Source of the DNA: Eledone cirrhosa
Lineage: Eukaryota
DNA: 64,000 nucleotides
Assembly (NCBI GenBank): GCA_964016885.1
Contig: OZ024747.1
Span: forward strand, 57,722,001-57,786,000
Direction of reading: 5' to 3'
Both the position numbers and the translations under genes were made by a program. Positions within the stretch are counted from its first letter, which is position 1; every line of letters begins with the position of its first letter. A model generated the notes under the pieces. It did not search any database. It was not told the origin of the DNA and saw only the letters and a program-made list of their open reading frames with translations. Of the stretch, positions 13,621-27,432 are shown piece by piece.

Positions 13621-14482
13621 CCTCAGCAGCAGCATAATTCAACACTCCATCCCCTCCTCCTCACCATCCTTCTCTTTTTTCTTCTCCTCCCAATGCTACC
13701 TTTCCACTTCTCCTCTTCCTTCTCCCGTCCCCACCTAAGTTTTCGTGGGTATGTGAGAAATTTCTCTAAAATATTTTAACCCTACATTATGGATGGAACG
13801 TCCCTAGGTTATTGTAAAAATTGTGAATAAAACCTTATATAATCTTCTCTCGTAAATCTTAATGCAATTCCATGTTACATTCTTTAAAATAATTCTTCTT
13901 TTAATCACGCAACAATTACGAAGAGGTTTCTATTCATTACCACGTGGACATTGCATGGCGGACGGTTAAAAAGTTTGTTTCGCGATTATAAGTTTCTATT
14001 TTCGATCCTAATCTGTGGCATCTAGGGCACGTGTCATTTACCATAGTCTAGCGTCATACCTAGCACTTTAATTGAAACTGAATATACTGAGAATGTACTA
14101 ATGCCCGTCGAATTGATTGTATCAGTAATACAATGATCCAGTCGTGTCACGTTGTTTCTGTTTGAAGCTTGCATAAATAGTACAAATGTCTTTGGAATAC
14201 TCAACCAATCAATTGCCATAACTAGCTAGTTCAGTAGGTCAACAAATTAAATAAATACACATCGTTGAAACTTACGGGGATCTATTCACTAACATTTTGA
14301 CTGTTAAAACCATATTAGTTTATTATTTAGACATTTATATTTGTTCAGTGTAGGATAATCTGATAGAAAAATTTGTTAAACTTAGAGTAATACTTTTCCT
14401 AGCTTACTGTTTGTATATATGTGCATCGCATATCGTTAAGGTACTGCTATAAAATATCTGTGCATATATATATATATGTATA

Positions 14483-14527
<45 letters not shown>

Positions 14528-14530
<3 letters not shown>

Positions 14531-14725
14531 TCCATGGTTCAATCAGAGGTAACCACAAGGAGTAAGGTACTTGATATATTAGAAGTGTGCAACCATCATG
14601 TTTAATATAGAAATGGCTTCTACAGGACTAGAACTGTTTCATTCAAAAGAATGGGCTTTCCTGATAATTTCTCATCATTTCTCTTGAACAAATCAGTTCT
14701 AGTCCTGTAGAAGCCATTTCTATAG
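14528..14725. mobile_element. Short fold-back fragment of the 55110-55818 family
   Basis: Inverted arms atagaaatggcttctacaggactagaactg / cagttctagtcctgtagaagccatttctat, TA-flanked. Confidence 0.7.
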
Positions 14726-16193
14726 TACATATGATATATATATATATACACCATTCTCTACTTTAATGTAGTATATCCTCTATCACATTTTTTTTCATCT
14801 TGTCTTATCAGTTTGCTTGAATACTTCCTTACTTGAAAGTGCTATCTTCTTACTGGCTGAGTTACTGTAATATGTTTAGAGTTTTTCTTTTTTAAAAATC
14901 TAATTTTATTTTCAGAAAGAATCTAACGCGCCTACAATATTCTATTTTAATATATTCCTTCATTTTAGTATAATATGTTATTTCTAGTTCATTAATTTCC
15001 ATATATTCCTATTTTTCAGGCAACATCTAACTCTTTAATCTCCATAACATTATCTTAGAGAGAACATTCTATGTTTTTACTGCTTCAGGCTTAACACAAC
15101 TTTCTAGTTTTCATCTAATTACTTCATAGCGAATTCTTAACTATTCTCGTGAGGCGAGTCAAATCAATTATCTTATCTTCTATATACCTTTCAATCATCT
15201 ATAGGAATGTTCTTTTTATTTTATATTATGTTGATTAAAAAAAGCATCTATAGTCAGATCACTTAATAATTTTTGTTTATATTTTCATAGAAAATAGAGT
15301 TATCCGGACAAATAGATTATTTATTAGGCCTGCATATAAGTGTAAAGGATTTCGTCATTTTTTAAATATCAAGATTATTTATTCTTTTATTTATCATGTT
15401 TGTTACTAGAGTTGGATATATTTGGTTAAAACATGTTCAGATTTTAAAATTAAATTTCGAAATTTTATGTTTTCTAATTTTTATATTAATATTGTCTAAA
15501 TTTATTTTTGCATATCTTATTTACGCAGACGTGTAAAACAACAACAGACGAAAGAAATAGTTATTTAATACCCTACTAATGAAGTTTAATAACATAAAAA
15601 TAAAATAAACGGACAAATTCAAAATGTTTTTACTGATAAATCCTTTTACAGCTTCTTTTACTGAGTTGAAAGATCAGATAGCTTCCTGAAGATGAAACTT
15701 TACTAAATTTTAAAAAATTGACCTCATTATTTTATCTAACTCATTCTTCTTATATTTACGTTTAAATATATAATGCGATAAATTTCTGAATAATCTCCTG
15801 AAGGATACAAAGGTGACTCCATATGATCAGTTCGTCGTTGTATATAATTTAGAAGAATATTTTCCTTACTCTAGTCGAAAAAATATTTGTATCTTTCTTT
15901 TTTCTGATAATCTTTCCACGCAGGTCAGATAAGTATTTTGCAAAATTATGTGATTACTGATAGATTTAGAATGAAATCTATAAGTAGCATTTTTGGAGGC
16001 TCTACATTTTGAACAATCATCTGCCTTCATATATGTATAGCCCATCATTCTAATATGTCAAACGTTTTAATCATTTTAATATATTTTTCTATTGTTAATT
16101 ATTTGCTTTCAGTTTCTTTTGTTGCGGTATCTGATTCTTGATTCAAGTAATTGTAGATTAGTTGAGTTAAAATCAATATTTTCATGGCATTCT

Positions 16194-16350
16194 CTTCTTC
16201 TTCTTCTTCTTCTTCTTCTTCTTCTTCTTCTTCTTCTGAGAGGGTCTTAGGGGCAGAGTCCTCAAACACACCTTCAAACGAGTCCTGTCAAAAGCAACGG
16301 TCTCCAACTGATCTGGCGAGATCCCCAAACGAGATAATCCAAGCTCACCA
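16194..16350 (-). mobile_element. LINE 3' end (RTE-like) with (GAA)n tail
   Basis: Short GC-richer segment ending on the - strand in a (GAA)n run. Confidence 0.4.
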
Positions 16351-16356
16351 CTAAAA

Positions 16357-17663
16357 TCATAATTGTTTCTACTTTTGGCACAAGGCCAGCAATTACTCAG
16401 TGTATTACTGGTACTTTATTTTATCGACCCCGTAAGGATAAAAAGCGAAGTTAAGCTCGGCGGGATTTGAACTCATAATCATAATTGTTTCTACTTTTGG
16501 CACAAGGCCATCAATTACCCAATGCATTACTGGTACTTTATTCTATCGACCCCGGAAGGATGAAAGGCAAAGTTAACCTCGGCGGGATTAACTTTGCCTT
16601 TCATCCTTCCGGGGTCGATAGAATAAAGTACCAGTAATGCATTGGGTAATTACTGGCCTTGTGCCAAAAGTAGAAATTCAGAATCATAATGATATGTAAA
16701 CTGTTATCTTTAGTAAAGTTAGAAATTACAAACAGCTTCTCAGTTCATCATATCATTACATCTGTATTAATGACATTATTATTGTGGATTGGCAGTATCG
16801 GTAGAGCGTCGGACGCCATGCTTTGCAGCACATTTACGTCCCTTTACGATCTGAGTTCAAATCCCGCCGAGGTTGACTTTGCCTTTCATCCTTACGGGGT
16901 CGATAAAATAAAGTACCAGTAATGCACTGGGTAATTGCTGGCCTTGTGCCTAAAGTAGAAACAATTATTATTAATATACATTGAATGATACAATTATGAA
17001 ATATTTTTATTTTCTCTTTCTTGTCATTACTTGATAGGATTCTAATTGCACTTACCAAAGACAGTGATTTCTTATATTTTTAATTGACTAGAAATTTACA
17101 CTTTCCAGCTTAATCAGTCAATGAATGTGTAAAAGTTAATTTTTCTTCGTATATTTGAGATGTGGGAATGTGTAGATCTTTATAATAATGGTTTCTGATT
17201 CAGGCACAAGGCCAACAATTTTTGGGGTGGGAGGCACAGTCAATTAAATCTACTCCAGTGCGGCATTAGAGGTACTTAAGGCCAACGCATTTAGAGGAGG
17301 GGGAATTCGATTAACTCGACTCTGGTGCTTTGTTTTCTCGACCCCGTAGGGATGAAAGGCAAAGCTCACCTCGGCGGGATTTGAACACAGAACGTAAAGG
17401 GTCATAACCTCTCTGCTGCAAAGCATGGTGTCTGACACCTTTACCGATACTGTCAATCTCACTTATATATAATAATTGTTTCTAATTTTGGCACAAGGCC
17501 AGCAAATACCCAGTGCATTACTGGTACTTTATTTTATCGACCCCGTAAGGATGAAAGGCAGAGTTAACCTCGGCGGGATTTGAAATCAGAACGTAAAGGG
17601 CCGTAACTCTGTACTGCAAAGCTTTGTGTCCGACACTCTACCGATACTGCCAATCCACCGCCC
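16357..17663. mobile_element. Cluster of tRNA-derived SINE copies (16357-16677 tandem plus inverted; 16784-16972 +; 17183-17460 -; 17468-17663 -)
   Basis: Shared ggcagtatcggtagag (A-box-like) ... gttcaaatcccgccgagg (B-box) ... tttgcctttcatccttacggggtcgataaaataaagtaccag ... tggccttgtgcc ... (att)n tail. Confidence 0.9.
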
Positions 17664-17674
17664 TTGCCATTATA

Positions 17675-18395
17675 GATAATAATTGTTTCTACTTTTATCT
17701 CAAGGCCAGCAATTATCTCAATACATTACTGGTACTTTATTTTATCGACCCCGTAAGGATGAAAGGCAAAGTTAACCGCGGCGGGATTTGATCTGAGAGG
17801 TTAACTTTGCCCTCATAGATAATAATTGTTTCTACGTTAGGAACAAGGCCAACAATTACCCAGTGTATTACTGGTACTTTATTTTATCGACCCCGTAAGG
17901 ATGAAAGGCAAAGTTAACCTCGGCGGGATTTGATCTGAGAGGTTAACTTTGCCCTCATAGATAATAATTGTTTCTACGTTAGGAACAAGGCCAACAATTA
18001 CCCAGTGTATTACTGGTACTTTATTTCATCGACCCCGTAAGGATGAAAGGCAAAGTTAACCTCGGCGGGATTTGATCTGAGAGGTTAACTTTGCCCTCAT
18101 AGATAATAATTGTTTCTACGTTAGGAACAAGGCCAACAATTACCCAGTGTATTACTGGTACTTTATTTTATCGACCCCGTAAGGATGAAAGGCAAAGTTA
18201 ACCTCGGCGGGATTTGATCTGAGAGGTTAACTTTGCCCTCATAGATAATAATTGTTTCTACGTTAGGAACAAGGCCAACAATTACCCAGTGTATTACTGG
18301 TACTTTATTTTATCGACCCCGTAAGGATGAAAGGCAAAGTTAACCTCGGCGGGGTTTGAACAAAAAGGTTAACTTTGCCTTTATAGATAATAATG
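17675..18395 (-). repeat. Tandem array of five 142-bp SINE-derived units
   Basis: Units start near 17675, 17817, 17959, 18101, 18243; nearly identical; each has an internal ggcaaagttaacctc/gaggttaactttgcc inverted repeat. Confidence 0.93.
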
Positions 18396-18782
18396 GTAGA
18401 GTGTTGGAAAGCATACATGGATGTTATGTGTTAAATAATTATATTTTTTGAAATGATTTTAATAAGGTAACATGTAGTAATATCCTGATATGTATGTTTT
18501 CATTTGATCTGTGTAAATATATCGAAAGAGATTCCGGTCGATTGACTAACACGAGACATAAAATTACTGAATCAATGTATATACCTTCTTCAGTATGCGT
18601 TTGTGTGCGCGTATCTATGTATGTTTAAAGTACGTACGTATGTATGTATTTATATATATATAAATTTATGTAAATATATCTATCTATATACGTATCTACG
18701 TATGTATATGTATGTTTATGTACTTAAGTATTTATGTATGTCTCTACGTACGTATGCATTTATATATATATATAGATTTATG

Positions 18783-18878
<96 letters not shown>

Positions 18879-18888
18879 AACCAGTAAG

Positions 18889-18982
18889 ACCCCGACGGCT
18901 GAGCTCAAGCCGTTTCGACGGCTAATTCTGGACTAAATGAAAATTTATCCTGGTATCTAAATAGCCGATCTTCTCAAGGGGT
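18889..18982 (-). ncRNA. Type-I hammerhead ribozyme, U3:A8 core variant (inverted copy)
   Basis: Reverse complement of 19270-19363. Confidence 0.75.
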
Positions 18983-19269
18983 AATTCCATATATGGTCAA
19001 AGTGATTGTCAAAAGTCAGTAGTAATTCTGTGATTGCAAATTAGTAGGGGAGATGGTGGCTAAACCTGCCAGTAGGAGAAAGAGGGGAGGGGGTGGAGTA
19101 GACCCAATCAAGCGTTGGTAGTGCCAGCTACAGCTGGGCATGAGGTCAAAGAAGATACTGGGGACCCCTCTTTCTCCTACTGGCAGGTTTAGCCACCATC
19201 TCCGCTACTAATTTGCAATCACTGAATTACTACTGATTTTTGACAATCACTTTGACCATATATGGAATT

Positions 19270-19363
19270 ACCCCTTGAGAAGATCGGCTATTTAAATACC
19301 AGGATAAATTTTCATTTAGTCCAGAATTAGCCGTCGAAACGGCTTGAGCTCAGCCGTCGGGGT
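19270..19363 (+). ncRNA. Type-I hammerhead ribozyme, U3:A8 core variant
   Basis: ACCCC-UUGAGAA-GA(U)CGGCUA[37 nt]UAGCCGUC-GAAACGGCU[UGAGCUC]AGCCGUC^GGGGU; all three stems pair; predicted cleavage after 19358. Confidence 0.8.
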
Positions 19364-19454
19364 CTTACTGGTTCCTATTACCCACTCTACTACCCCAAGT
19401 ATTGAGTACTTTGGTGCGTTATGGTCCACCTGGTTCCTTACCACATTTCCTTCG

Positions 19455-19506
<52 letters not shown>

Positions 19507-20025
19507 ATGTATCTACGTATGTATCTGTATGTTTATCTAATGTAAGTATCCATGTATCCCTGGAGGTAGGTATTTATATATGTATGCATGAGTACACGTA
19601 TTGACCTTGCTGGTTAAAAAGACATACACACACGCACACGTATTAGTACACATATACTGGTCTCAGGGGAAAATATATTTTTCACAAAACACTATTTCAA
19701 TTCGGTAATATACTCGGACTTTTGGAAACGAACAACAATGAAGACAAATGGATATACTGGTAAAATAATGTACTGGTAAAATAAAGTACTTAAACGGAAA
19801 ATAATTGCTTTTGAAATAGAAAATATATTCCCAGAAAAACACTTGATCTTGGAATAAAACTCAGCATGATTTAGAACTCGTTGGCCTTTGGTTGTAAGAG
19901 ATGAGGCAGGGGAATGGTAGCATGTGATGTATTTATTACATTCCAAAGAGATAAAAATCACGTTCGTTATTATTTCTGGATTCAAGACCATCAGGTATTG
20001 ATAGAGTAAAACTTAAGATCAGTGC

Positions 20026-20066
<41 letters not shown>

Positions 20067-20187
20067 TCTGTGTTTGTGTGTATAAATAGAAACAGATTGA
20101 AGGCAAATTTGTTCGTTTGCACCAGGATTGTTTAGACGTACTTTCCCTCTATGTCTCTCTCTCTCCTTCTCTCCTTCTCTCTGTCTA

Positions 20188-20257
<70 letters not shown>

Positions 20258-20384
20258 ACTCTCAATATTTCTATTTTCATCACACCTTCCTACTTCCTAT
20301 TTCTCCTTTTATTTTTTATTAAGTTGTATCAATATTACTATTATTAACATTACTATTATTATTCTTTTATTATAACTATTATTT

Positions 20385-20461
20385 GTAGTAGCAGGAGCAG
20401 TATCAGGAGTAGAAGTAGTAGTAGTAGCAGCAACAGTAGTAGTAGTAGTAGTAGTAGTAGT

Positions 20462-20549
<88 letters not shown>

Positions 20550-20575
20550 ATATTAGCAGTAATAGTAGATGTAAT
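20385..20575. repeat. Compound (TAG)n/(CAG)n microsatellite
   Basis: Direct reading. Confidence 0.95.
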
Positions 20576-21454
20576 AGTTTATTATTATATAATTCTATGT
20601 GGTTCTTGAGTTTCTCGTGTTTATGGTCTGGTGGCAATTGTTGCAATAACAAACACAGCTATACACATTATTAATGTTTTTCAGTGCAATCAAACCGTTC
20701 GTCTTTATGTCTATATATCTATATATCTATCATTTATATATTGTCTTGAAGTGGTAAATAGTTAACGAAATAAACTTACGTAATCTTAAGTGAAATAACG
20801 AAGAGGAATCTATAAAAGTTGTACAAGAATGAACGAGGTGTGAGAGACAAAAATAAATATTGGATTGAATGTAACGAAGTGCCAGATCATAGTAGCATTG
20901 TCAAAGTCCACGTGTTAATTGCTTTATACTAGATGTTTTTTTTACTTTTATGTCACATTAAACATTAATTTGAGACCCCTTTATATTGCAAGTTGCACGC
21001 GTGCCACTAATGTAATTTCTAATTCACGAAATACTCTATGGTTCTTATTACGTTCTTTATTGTAAATCATTCTTCTTTCCATCACATAACACTATTTTAC
21101 AAAGAGATTTTTATTCATTATATCGTGGTCTTTGCATGGCGGATAGCTTAAAAGTTTATTTCGTAATCATAAGCTTCTATTTACGATCTCAATCCATGGC
21201 ATTTCAGGCAAATGTCATTTACCATTGATTCGAGACACATCAAGCACTGTAATTGAAACTGGATAGAGGGAAAATGTGTTGGTATTATTGTATAACTATG
21301 ACATATCATTCATATATTGCTGTATTTTAAGGCAATACAAGTGTGATATATCCGTGTATTAATGCGATATCATTCAGACATTGCTGTAATTTAGCGAGAT
21401 ATCATTGATATAATGAGTTAATGATATATCATTCAGATTGTACTGATTAGAGTA

Positions 21455-21567
21455 AGATGAGGATGATACTGGATGCACTGCGGAAGAACTGGCAAACGCT
21501 ATGAGAGACAGAGATGGATGGAGGAAATGTGTCGTAGAAGGCCGAGCAAGATCGACCTGATGATGAT
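21455..21567 (+). mobile_element. RTE-like LINE 3' end
   Basis: Translates DDTGCTAEELANAMRDRDGWRKCV, similar to the C-terminus of the 25510 ORF (MRDRDRWR); ends in (TGA)n. Confidence 0.6.
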
Positions 21568-22024
21568 AGTAAGATGAATATTGAAATATTACTGTATCGT
21601 AATGATATATGGCCGACATATTCTCGTGTATTAATATCATATCTTTGACTTATTACTGTACCTTGCGAATATCTCGGAGATATTGTTTATCTTAGGGGCA
21701 TATATATGAGATATTACTGTAGCTTAATGGGACAACATTCTGTTATGTAACTGATGAGGTGGGTGATCCTAACGAACTTTTCGTAATCCCATTTATCTTA
21801 AAGTAAGGTTGCAATAAGGTAAAGAAATACAGTTTATCTACGTTCAAATTTCCACCCAATCCAGAAAAGAAAATAAGATCCATGGTGATAAAGAAAAACA
21901 AACTAGATGAGATAATAAATTTGATAGTGTAAACTAAGTAGATTAATTTATAATCAAAACCGTGCTTCAGAAATTCCTTCTTTGAATATTCTACTTGTTT
22001 GATCGTTTTGTATGTTTGTAGTGC

Positions 22025-22118
<94 letters not shown>

Positions 22119-22507
22119 TTCGTGTGCTTGGCTATTTATCTGGGCCCTATGACAGGTAGCCGGTAGAATCTTGGTATGAATGCTTCCATCAAATTGTACT
22201 CAAATGCCTCAAAGAGCCAATAATGGTGGTATTATACTACTCACGTAGTATGTAAAGGTATTGGAGTCAGAAGACAAAGTGACGGGACAAATAACACTTA
22301 TCAAGTCGTGCATTGTCCTAAATATTTTGCCATGTTCTGATGAACTGATATCTCAGAATGAATAATTTAAAAAGTAGGCCTTTATATACTATGTAAATTG
22401 TTTTAGTGCATTATACAGTATTTGAGCTGTCCTCACCGCATGAGTATTATCCATCATTTGAGCCGTGGACTGTATTTCATTCAGCGTTCAAATGCATTTC
22501 CTTATTA

Positions 22508-22725
22508 CAGTGTATTTCAACATTAGAGTGTGTCTGAGCTTTACATCACAATTGAACCTAACAGTATGTCTGAGCTTTTACATGACATTTGAACAGTACA
22601 GCGTGTCTGAGATTTATATCACATTTAAACGGTACAGTGTGTCTAAGCTTTAAATCACATTTGAACATTTAAATATAACAGCGTGTCTGAGCTTTACATC
22701 ACATTTCAACATAACAGCGTGTCTG
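22508..22725. repeat. Degenerate ~35-38 bp minisatellite
   Basis: Repeats of acagcgtgtctgagctttacatcacatttgaac. Confidence 0.8.
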
Positions 22726-22898
22726 TCAAACGAAGTTCATGAAACTGAATCAAATTAAGTGTTTTTACGAGCAATCCGAAATCTTTTAGGACATTATTGT
22801 TATGATCCATGGATGCTCCTATTCGTTCCATTCATCAACAAGAATTAGGAGTGTCCGAACACGAAGAGGTTGGTTACTTTGGACCTATTTACACTTTC

Positions 22899-23182
22899 TA
22901 TGAAGATAAAAGACTGTTGGTGTTGGTACAGATCCTTTCTAACATGTCCAGTTCCGATATAAAATTGAACAGGAGAGAATTGTAATGATGTAGACAATTC
23001 TGACGAAAAGTTACTGCAAAGTAAGGTCATGTGTGTGTGTGTGTGTGAGTGTGAGTGTATGTACCTTGTAGTACCTTTTCGTCAGAATTGTTTACATCAT
23101 TACAATTCTCACCTGTTCCATTTTATATGGGAACATGTTAGAAAGGATCTGTACCAACTTCAACAGTCTTTTATTTTCATAG
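22899..23182. repeat. Diverged inverted repeat around a GT tract
   Basis: 22899-23025 is the reverse complement of 23060-23182. Confidence 0.8.
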
Positions 23183-23260
23183 AATGTGTAAATGTGTAAA
23201 TATTTAAATAGAAAACGCTGAAGTTTCGTTTACATGTATTAGACTTTAATTGTGTATCAT

Positions 23261-23350
23261 CCTGTTACGCGCGTTTCGAAGATGATTGGCTCAGGGTCAC
23301 CTATAGGAGATATGGACACGACTCAATTATCGAACTGTTCTTCAGACTGG
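23261..23350 (-). ncRNA. Degenerate hammerhead-like motif
   Basis: CCAGU-CUGAAGA-...-GAAAC[GCGC]GUA^ACAGG; base of stem II pairs poorly. Confidence 0.5.
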
Positions 23351-23658
23351 CAATGTGACACAAACTGCGTGTGAGTGTAAAAGACCGTGTGTATGTATAT
23401 TTAGGTATATATATATATATATGAGTATATATGTTTAGAGGTGTATACTAACATTTGAAAGTGTAGTTAAATATTGTCATGAGAAACATCAAGTAGAGTA
23501 ATATTATATGATATTAGGTTGTTTTGTAAGAGTATGTGTGAGTTGACAATGGAAGTGTTAGGATACAACTGATATTCAAAATGGAATTATATATTCAGTG
23601 TTCCAACGAACATCATATACCATGCACACACACATATCTACATATATTTATATATGGG

Positions 23659-23776
<118 letters not shown>

Positions 23777-23777
23777 C

Positions 23778-23890
<113 letters not shown>

Positions 23891-23976
23891 CATATGTGTA
23901 TATATGTATATGTATATATATATACATATATGTATATACATATGTGTATATATATATATATATATATACATATGTG

Positions 23977-24008
<32 letters not shown>

Positions 24009-24143
24009 GATAGATAAATCTACCAAAAGTTTACGGTAGTGTCCAATCCGTATGAAGAACTCAATGTAATCCGGATATCATGAAAAGAAGAGATGCATTC
24101 AAAAATCACTTTCGGTGAAAGATAAACGGAAAACAGAGTCAAG

Positions 24144-24534
24144 ATAAATTATTTAAAAAATAATGAATAAACAAAGAAACAGTTCCTTATATTAAACAAA
24201 AAAAGTTCATTATTTTACGATCGTTTCTAGGACATATATGTGTTAGAATTAGTATGCATATTCAAAAGATCTATGTACAAAATTATACAAACTATCAGAG
24301 AGAATATACATACCTTCACATATATATGCTGTCTTCAGAAATAATCTGAAGACAGCATATATATGTGAAGGTATGTATATTCTCTCTGATAGTTTGTATA
24401 ATTTTGTACATAGATCTTTTGAATATGCATACCAATTCTAACACATATATGTCCTAGAAACGATCGTAAAATAATGAACTTTTTTTGTTTAATATAAGGA
24501 ACTGTTTCTTTGTTTATTCATTATTTTTTTAATA

Positions 24535-24539
<5 letters not shown>
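24144..24539. mobile_element. Near-perfect ~195-bp-arm palindrome (fold-back PLE-type end)
   Basis: Arms 24144-24338 and 24346-24539, 7-nt spacer, abuts a TA tract. Confidence 0.85.
24209..24345 (-). ncRNA. Type-I hammerhead with ~100-nt stem II region
   Basis: AUUAUUU-CUGAAGA-[CAGCAUAUAUAUGUG...CACAUAUAUGUCCUA]-GAAAC[GAUC]GUA^AAAUAAU; perfect 7-bp stem I. Confidence 0.7.
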
Positions 24540-24612
<73 letters not shown>

Positions 24613-24763
24613 CTTATACATGCGTATATATATATATATAATTTATACATGCGTATATACACTGTGTCGTTAATTTACGAAAGATGCACATAATCAAATA
24701 CTGACCCATATGAATAAATAAAGAATGAGAAAAGAGAGGAGGAGAATGAAAGAGAAAAGTGAA

Positions 24764-24952
24764 ATAACTGTTTCTACTTTAGGCACAAGGCCAGCAAATA
24801 CCCAGTGCATTACTGGTACTTTAATTTATCGACCCCGTAAGGATGAAAGGCAAAGTCAACCTCGGCGGGATTTGAACTCAGATCGTAAAGGGACGTAACT
24901 ATGCTGGAAAGCATGGCGTCCGACCCTCTACCCATACTGACAATCCACCGCC
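24764..24952 (-). mobile_element. tRNA-derived SINE
   Basis: Full-length match to the SINE family at 16784-16972. Confidence 0.9.
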
Positions 24953-25231
24953 TAAAGAGAAAAGTGAAATAACGAAAGAAAGAAAGGGTGAAAGAGAGGA
25001 AGGAAGAGAGAGGACAGGAAAGTGGAGAGTAATTGTAGATGACATGTCGGAAGTGTGTTATCTCTATCAGACATGTGAAAGTAGGATTTACCTCATTTAT
25101 CATTGAGTGTAACGCTCCATTTGTTATGTGACTGCATACACACACATGCACACATACACACACACGGACACACACATACAGACACACTCACAAAGACGCA
25201 CGCACACACATACACATACATATTATGTGTT

Positions 25232-25284
<53 letters not shown>

Positions 25285-25423
25285 ATGTATGCATATATAT
25301 ATATATATATATATACAGTAGTAAAGACAAATAAAAACAAAAGCAATAACAAAGAGTGCAGTACGAACAGTGTTGGTATTAGTGTCACACAAATACATAT
25401 ATATAATATATATATAATATATA

Positions 25424-25475
<52 letters not shown>

Positions 25476-25502
25476 TATATATATAATATATATATATATA
25501 TA

Positions 25503-26586
25503 TTTTTTTCTAGTTCGGGTAAAATTCCCGAGATCCATGGATGACTTCTCTCCAGCGGTCTCTGTCCCTCATTATCACTGCCATGTCCTGCCTCTCCAAC
25601 AGACCAGTTTCTGTCCTTAGGGCATCAACATATGTTAACATTGGTCTTCCTCTTTCAGTGTGTCCATGTGGGGGCTCCCACAGGAGCACTGAGTGCAATG
25701 TTAACTCTGGATGTCGGTGAGCATGTCCAGCTAACCTCAGTCTCCTCTGTGGCACTTTAGAGCTGACTTTTGGGAGGCTTCCATACAGCTCTGAGTTTTT
25801 CATCCTCAGTGTATACTGATTAATGTTCAGAGCCATCCTCAGCATTCTCGTGTATCACCCATCCACCATCTGAGTGAGTTTCTTGGTCAGTGTCCAAGTC
25901 TCAGACCCGTACAGCAGCACAGACTCCACTACAGCAATAAAGAGGCGGATTTTCAGGTCTTTACGAAGGTCCGACTTCCACATCGATCTCAAGCTGTGGC
26001 ACGCCGCCCAGGCTTTGCTCTTCCTCTCAACCACATCATCTTCCGTATTCCCTATCTTTGCTCCCAAATACAGGAAGTCCTCAACCAATTCTAGCGGCTT
26101 CCCGCCTACATTAGTGATCCCCTCTGGCTTCTCAACATTCTCTACCAGATATTTTGTTTTAGTCTCATTCATTCTCAGCCCCACACTCATCGATACAGTC
26201 TCAACCTCCTGCATCAAATCCTCTGCCTCCTTCACTGTATTTGTCACCAAAACTATGTCGTCGGCAAATTCAGCATCTGATACCTTTTTCGCCTTAACTC
26301 TCCTGCTCTGAGCCGGTGCTACAGTAAAGCCAGAGTCCTGGTGTTTCTCCAGTGCAAGGCGCATACAATAGCCCACTACGATGATAAAAAGGTAGGGAGC
26401 CAATGTATCTCCCTGGAGCACTCCAGCCAGTATCTTAAAGAACTCTGTCATCCCATCAGGTGTAATGACTTGGGCTTTGGTGTTGGTGTAGAGCAGTGAT
26501 ACTAGGTCCACTATCTTCTTGGGGATTCCATAAGCCTGTAAGATATTCATCAGGCAGTGACTGTCCACAGAATCAAAGGCCTTCCT
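25503..26586 (-). mobile_element. 5'-truncated RTE-clade LINE (RT C-terminal half)
   Basis: KAFDSV, GVLQGDTLAPYLF, FADD, FLYLG, VLLYGSETW, RRLRLAGH; TA tracts on both sides. Confidence 0.92.
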
Positions 26587-26753
26587 ATATATATATATAT
26601 ATCTGTGTGTGGTGCGGTGTTTGTGTATTTTTACATAAACACATGCATTGTGTTTGTGTGTAAGCGTGTTTATATATGTTTGTATGCATTTAAACATATA
26701 CAGTACAGTGTCAGATAGATATACAGACATAAAATATATACACATCGTCACAC

Positions 26754-26804
<51 letters not shown>

Positions 26805-27087
26805 CGTGTGTCCGTGCATGTCTGTGTGTAAAAGCCTGTGTAGATGCGGACGAGTGAACAGGGAGAAAGCTGTGTACATGTAAATGTATGTAGGCTCTTT
26901 TACTCATTTACTGGACTGCCACTAGCCTGGGACATCGCCTTCATTTTGTTTATTATATCCACATAAGAACTTGTATTTTCAGATCTGTTTGTCATTCTAT
27001 GTTAAAACAGCTAAATGTGAGGACATAACGACATAAATATAGGCATCGACACACACACCCAATGAAAAGATATAGATACGTACACCC

Positions 27088-27185
<98 letters not shown>

Positions 27186-27313
27186 TATGTGTGTGTTATT
27201 TGTGTGTGTGCATATATATGTATAGATACATATATATATATATATATATATACATATATATATACGTCTGTATATATATATATATATATATGAATGCGTG
27301 TGTATATGTATAC

Positions 27314-27352
<39 letters not shown>

Positions 27353-27432
27353 TGTGTGTCTGATGGTAGCGAAGATGCTTCCATAGGCGGTATGCCGGTT
27401 GAGCACTCTATGCTCTTACAGAGCAGTGTATG

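Larger units (their letters stand above)
18875..19456. mobile_element. TA-flanked fold-back PLE-type element with ~210-bp inverted arms
   Basis: Arms ~18875-19087 and ~19164-19377 are near-perfect reverse complements; 3' extension to 19456; a hammerhead in each arm. Confidence 0.85.

Noticed and set aside
14780-16190. AT-rich stretch with short minus-strand ORFs
   Set aside because: No recognisable motif; I cannot distinguish decayed transposon from background
17675-18395. CRISPR-like regularly spaced repeats
   Set aside because: Units are identical along their whole length with no unique spacers, derive from a SINE, and lie in a eukaryotic context without cas genes
25855-26907. 350-aa ORF as an intact gene
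   Set aside because: The N-terminal ~105 aa are microsatellite and flank read-through fused to a truncated RTE reverse transcriptase
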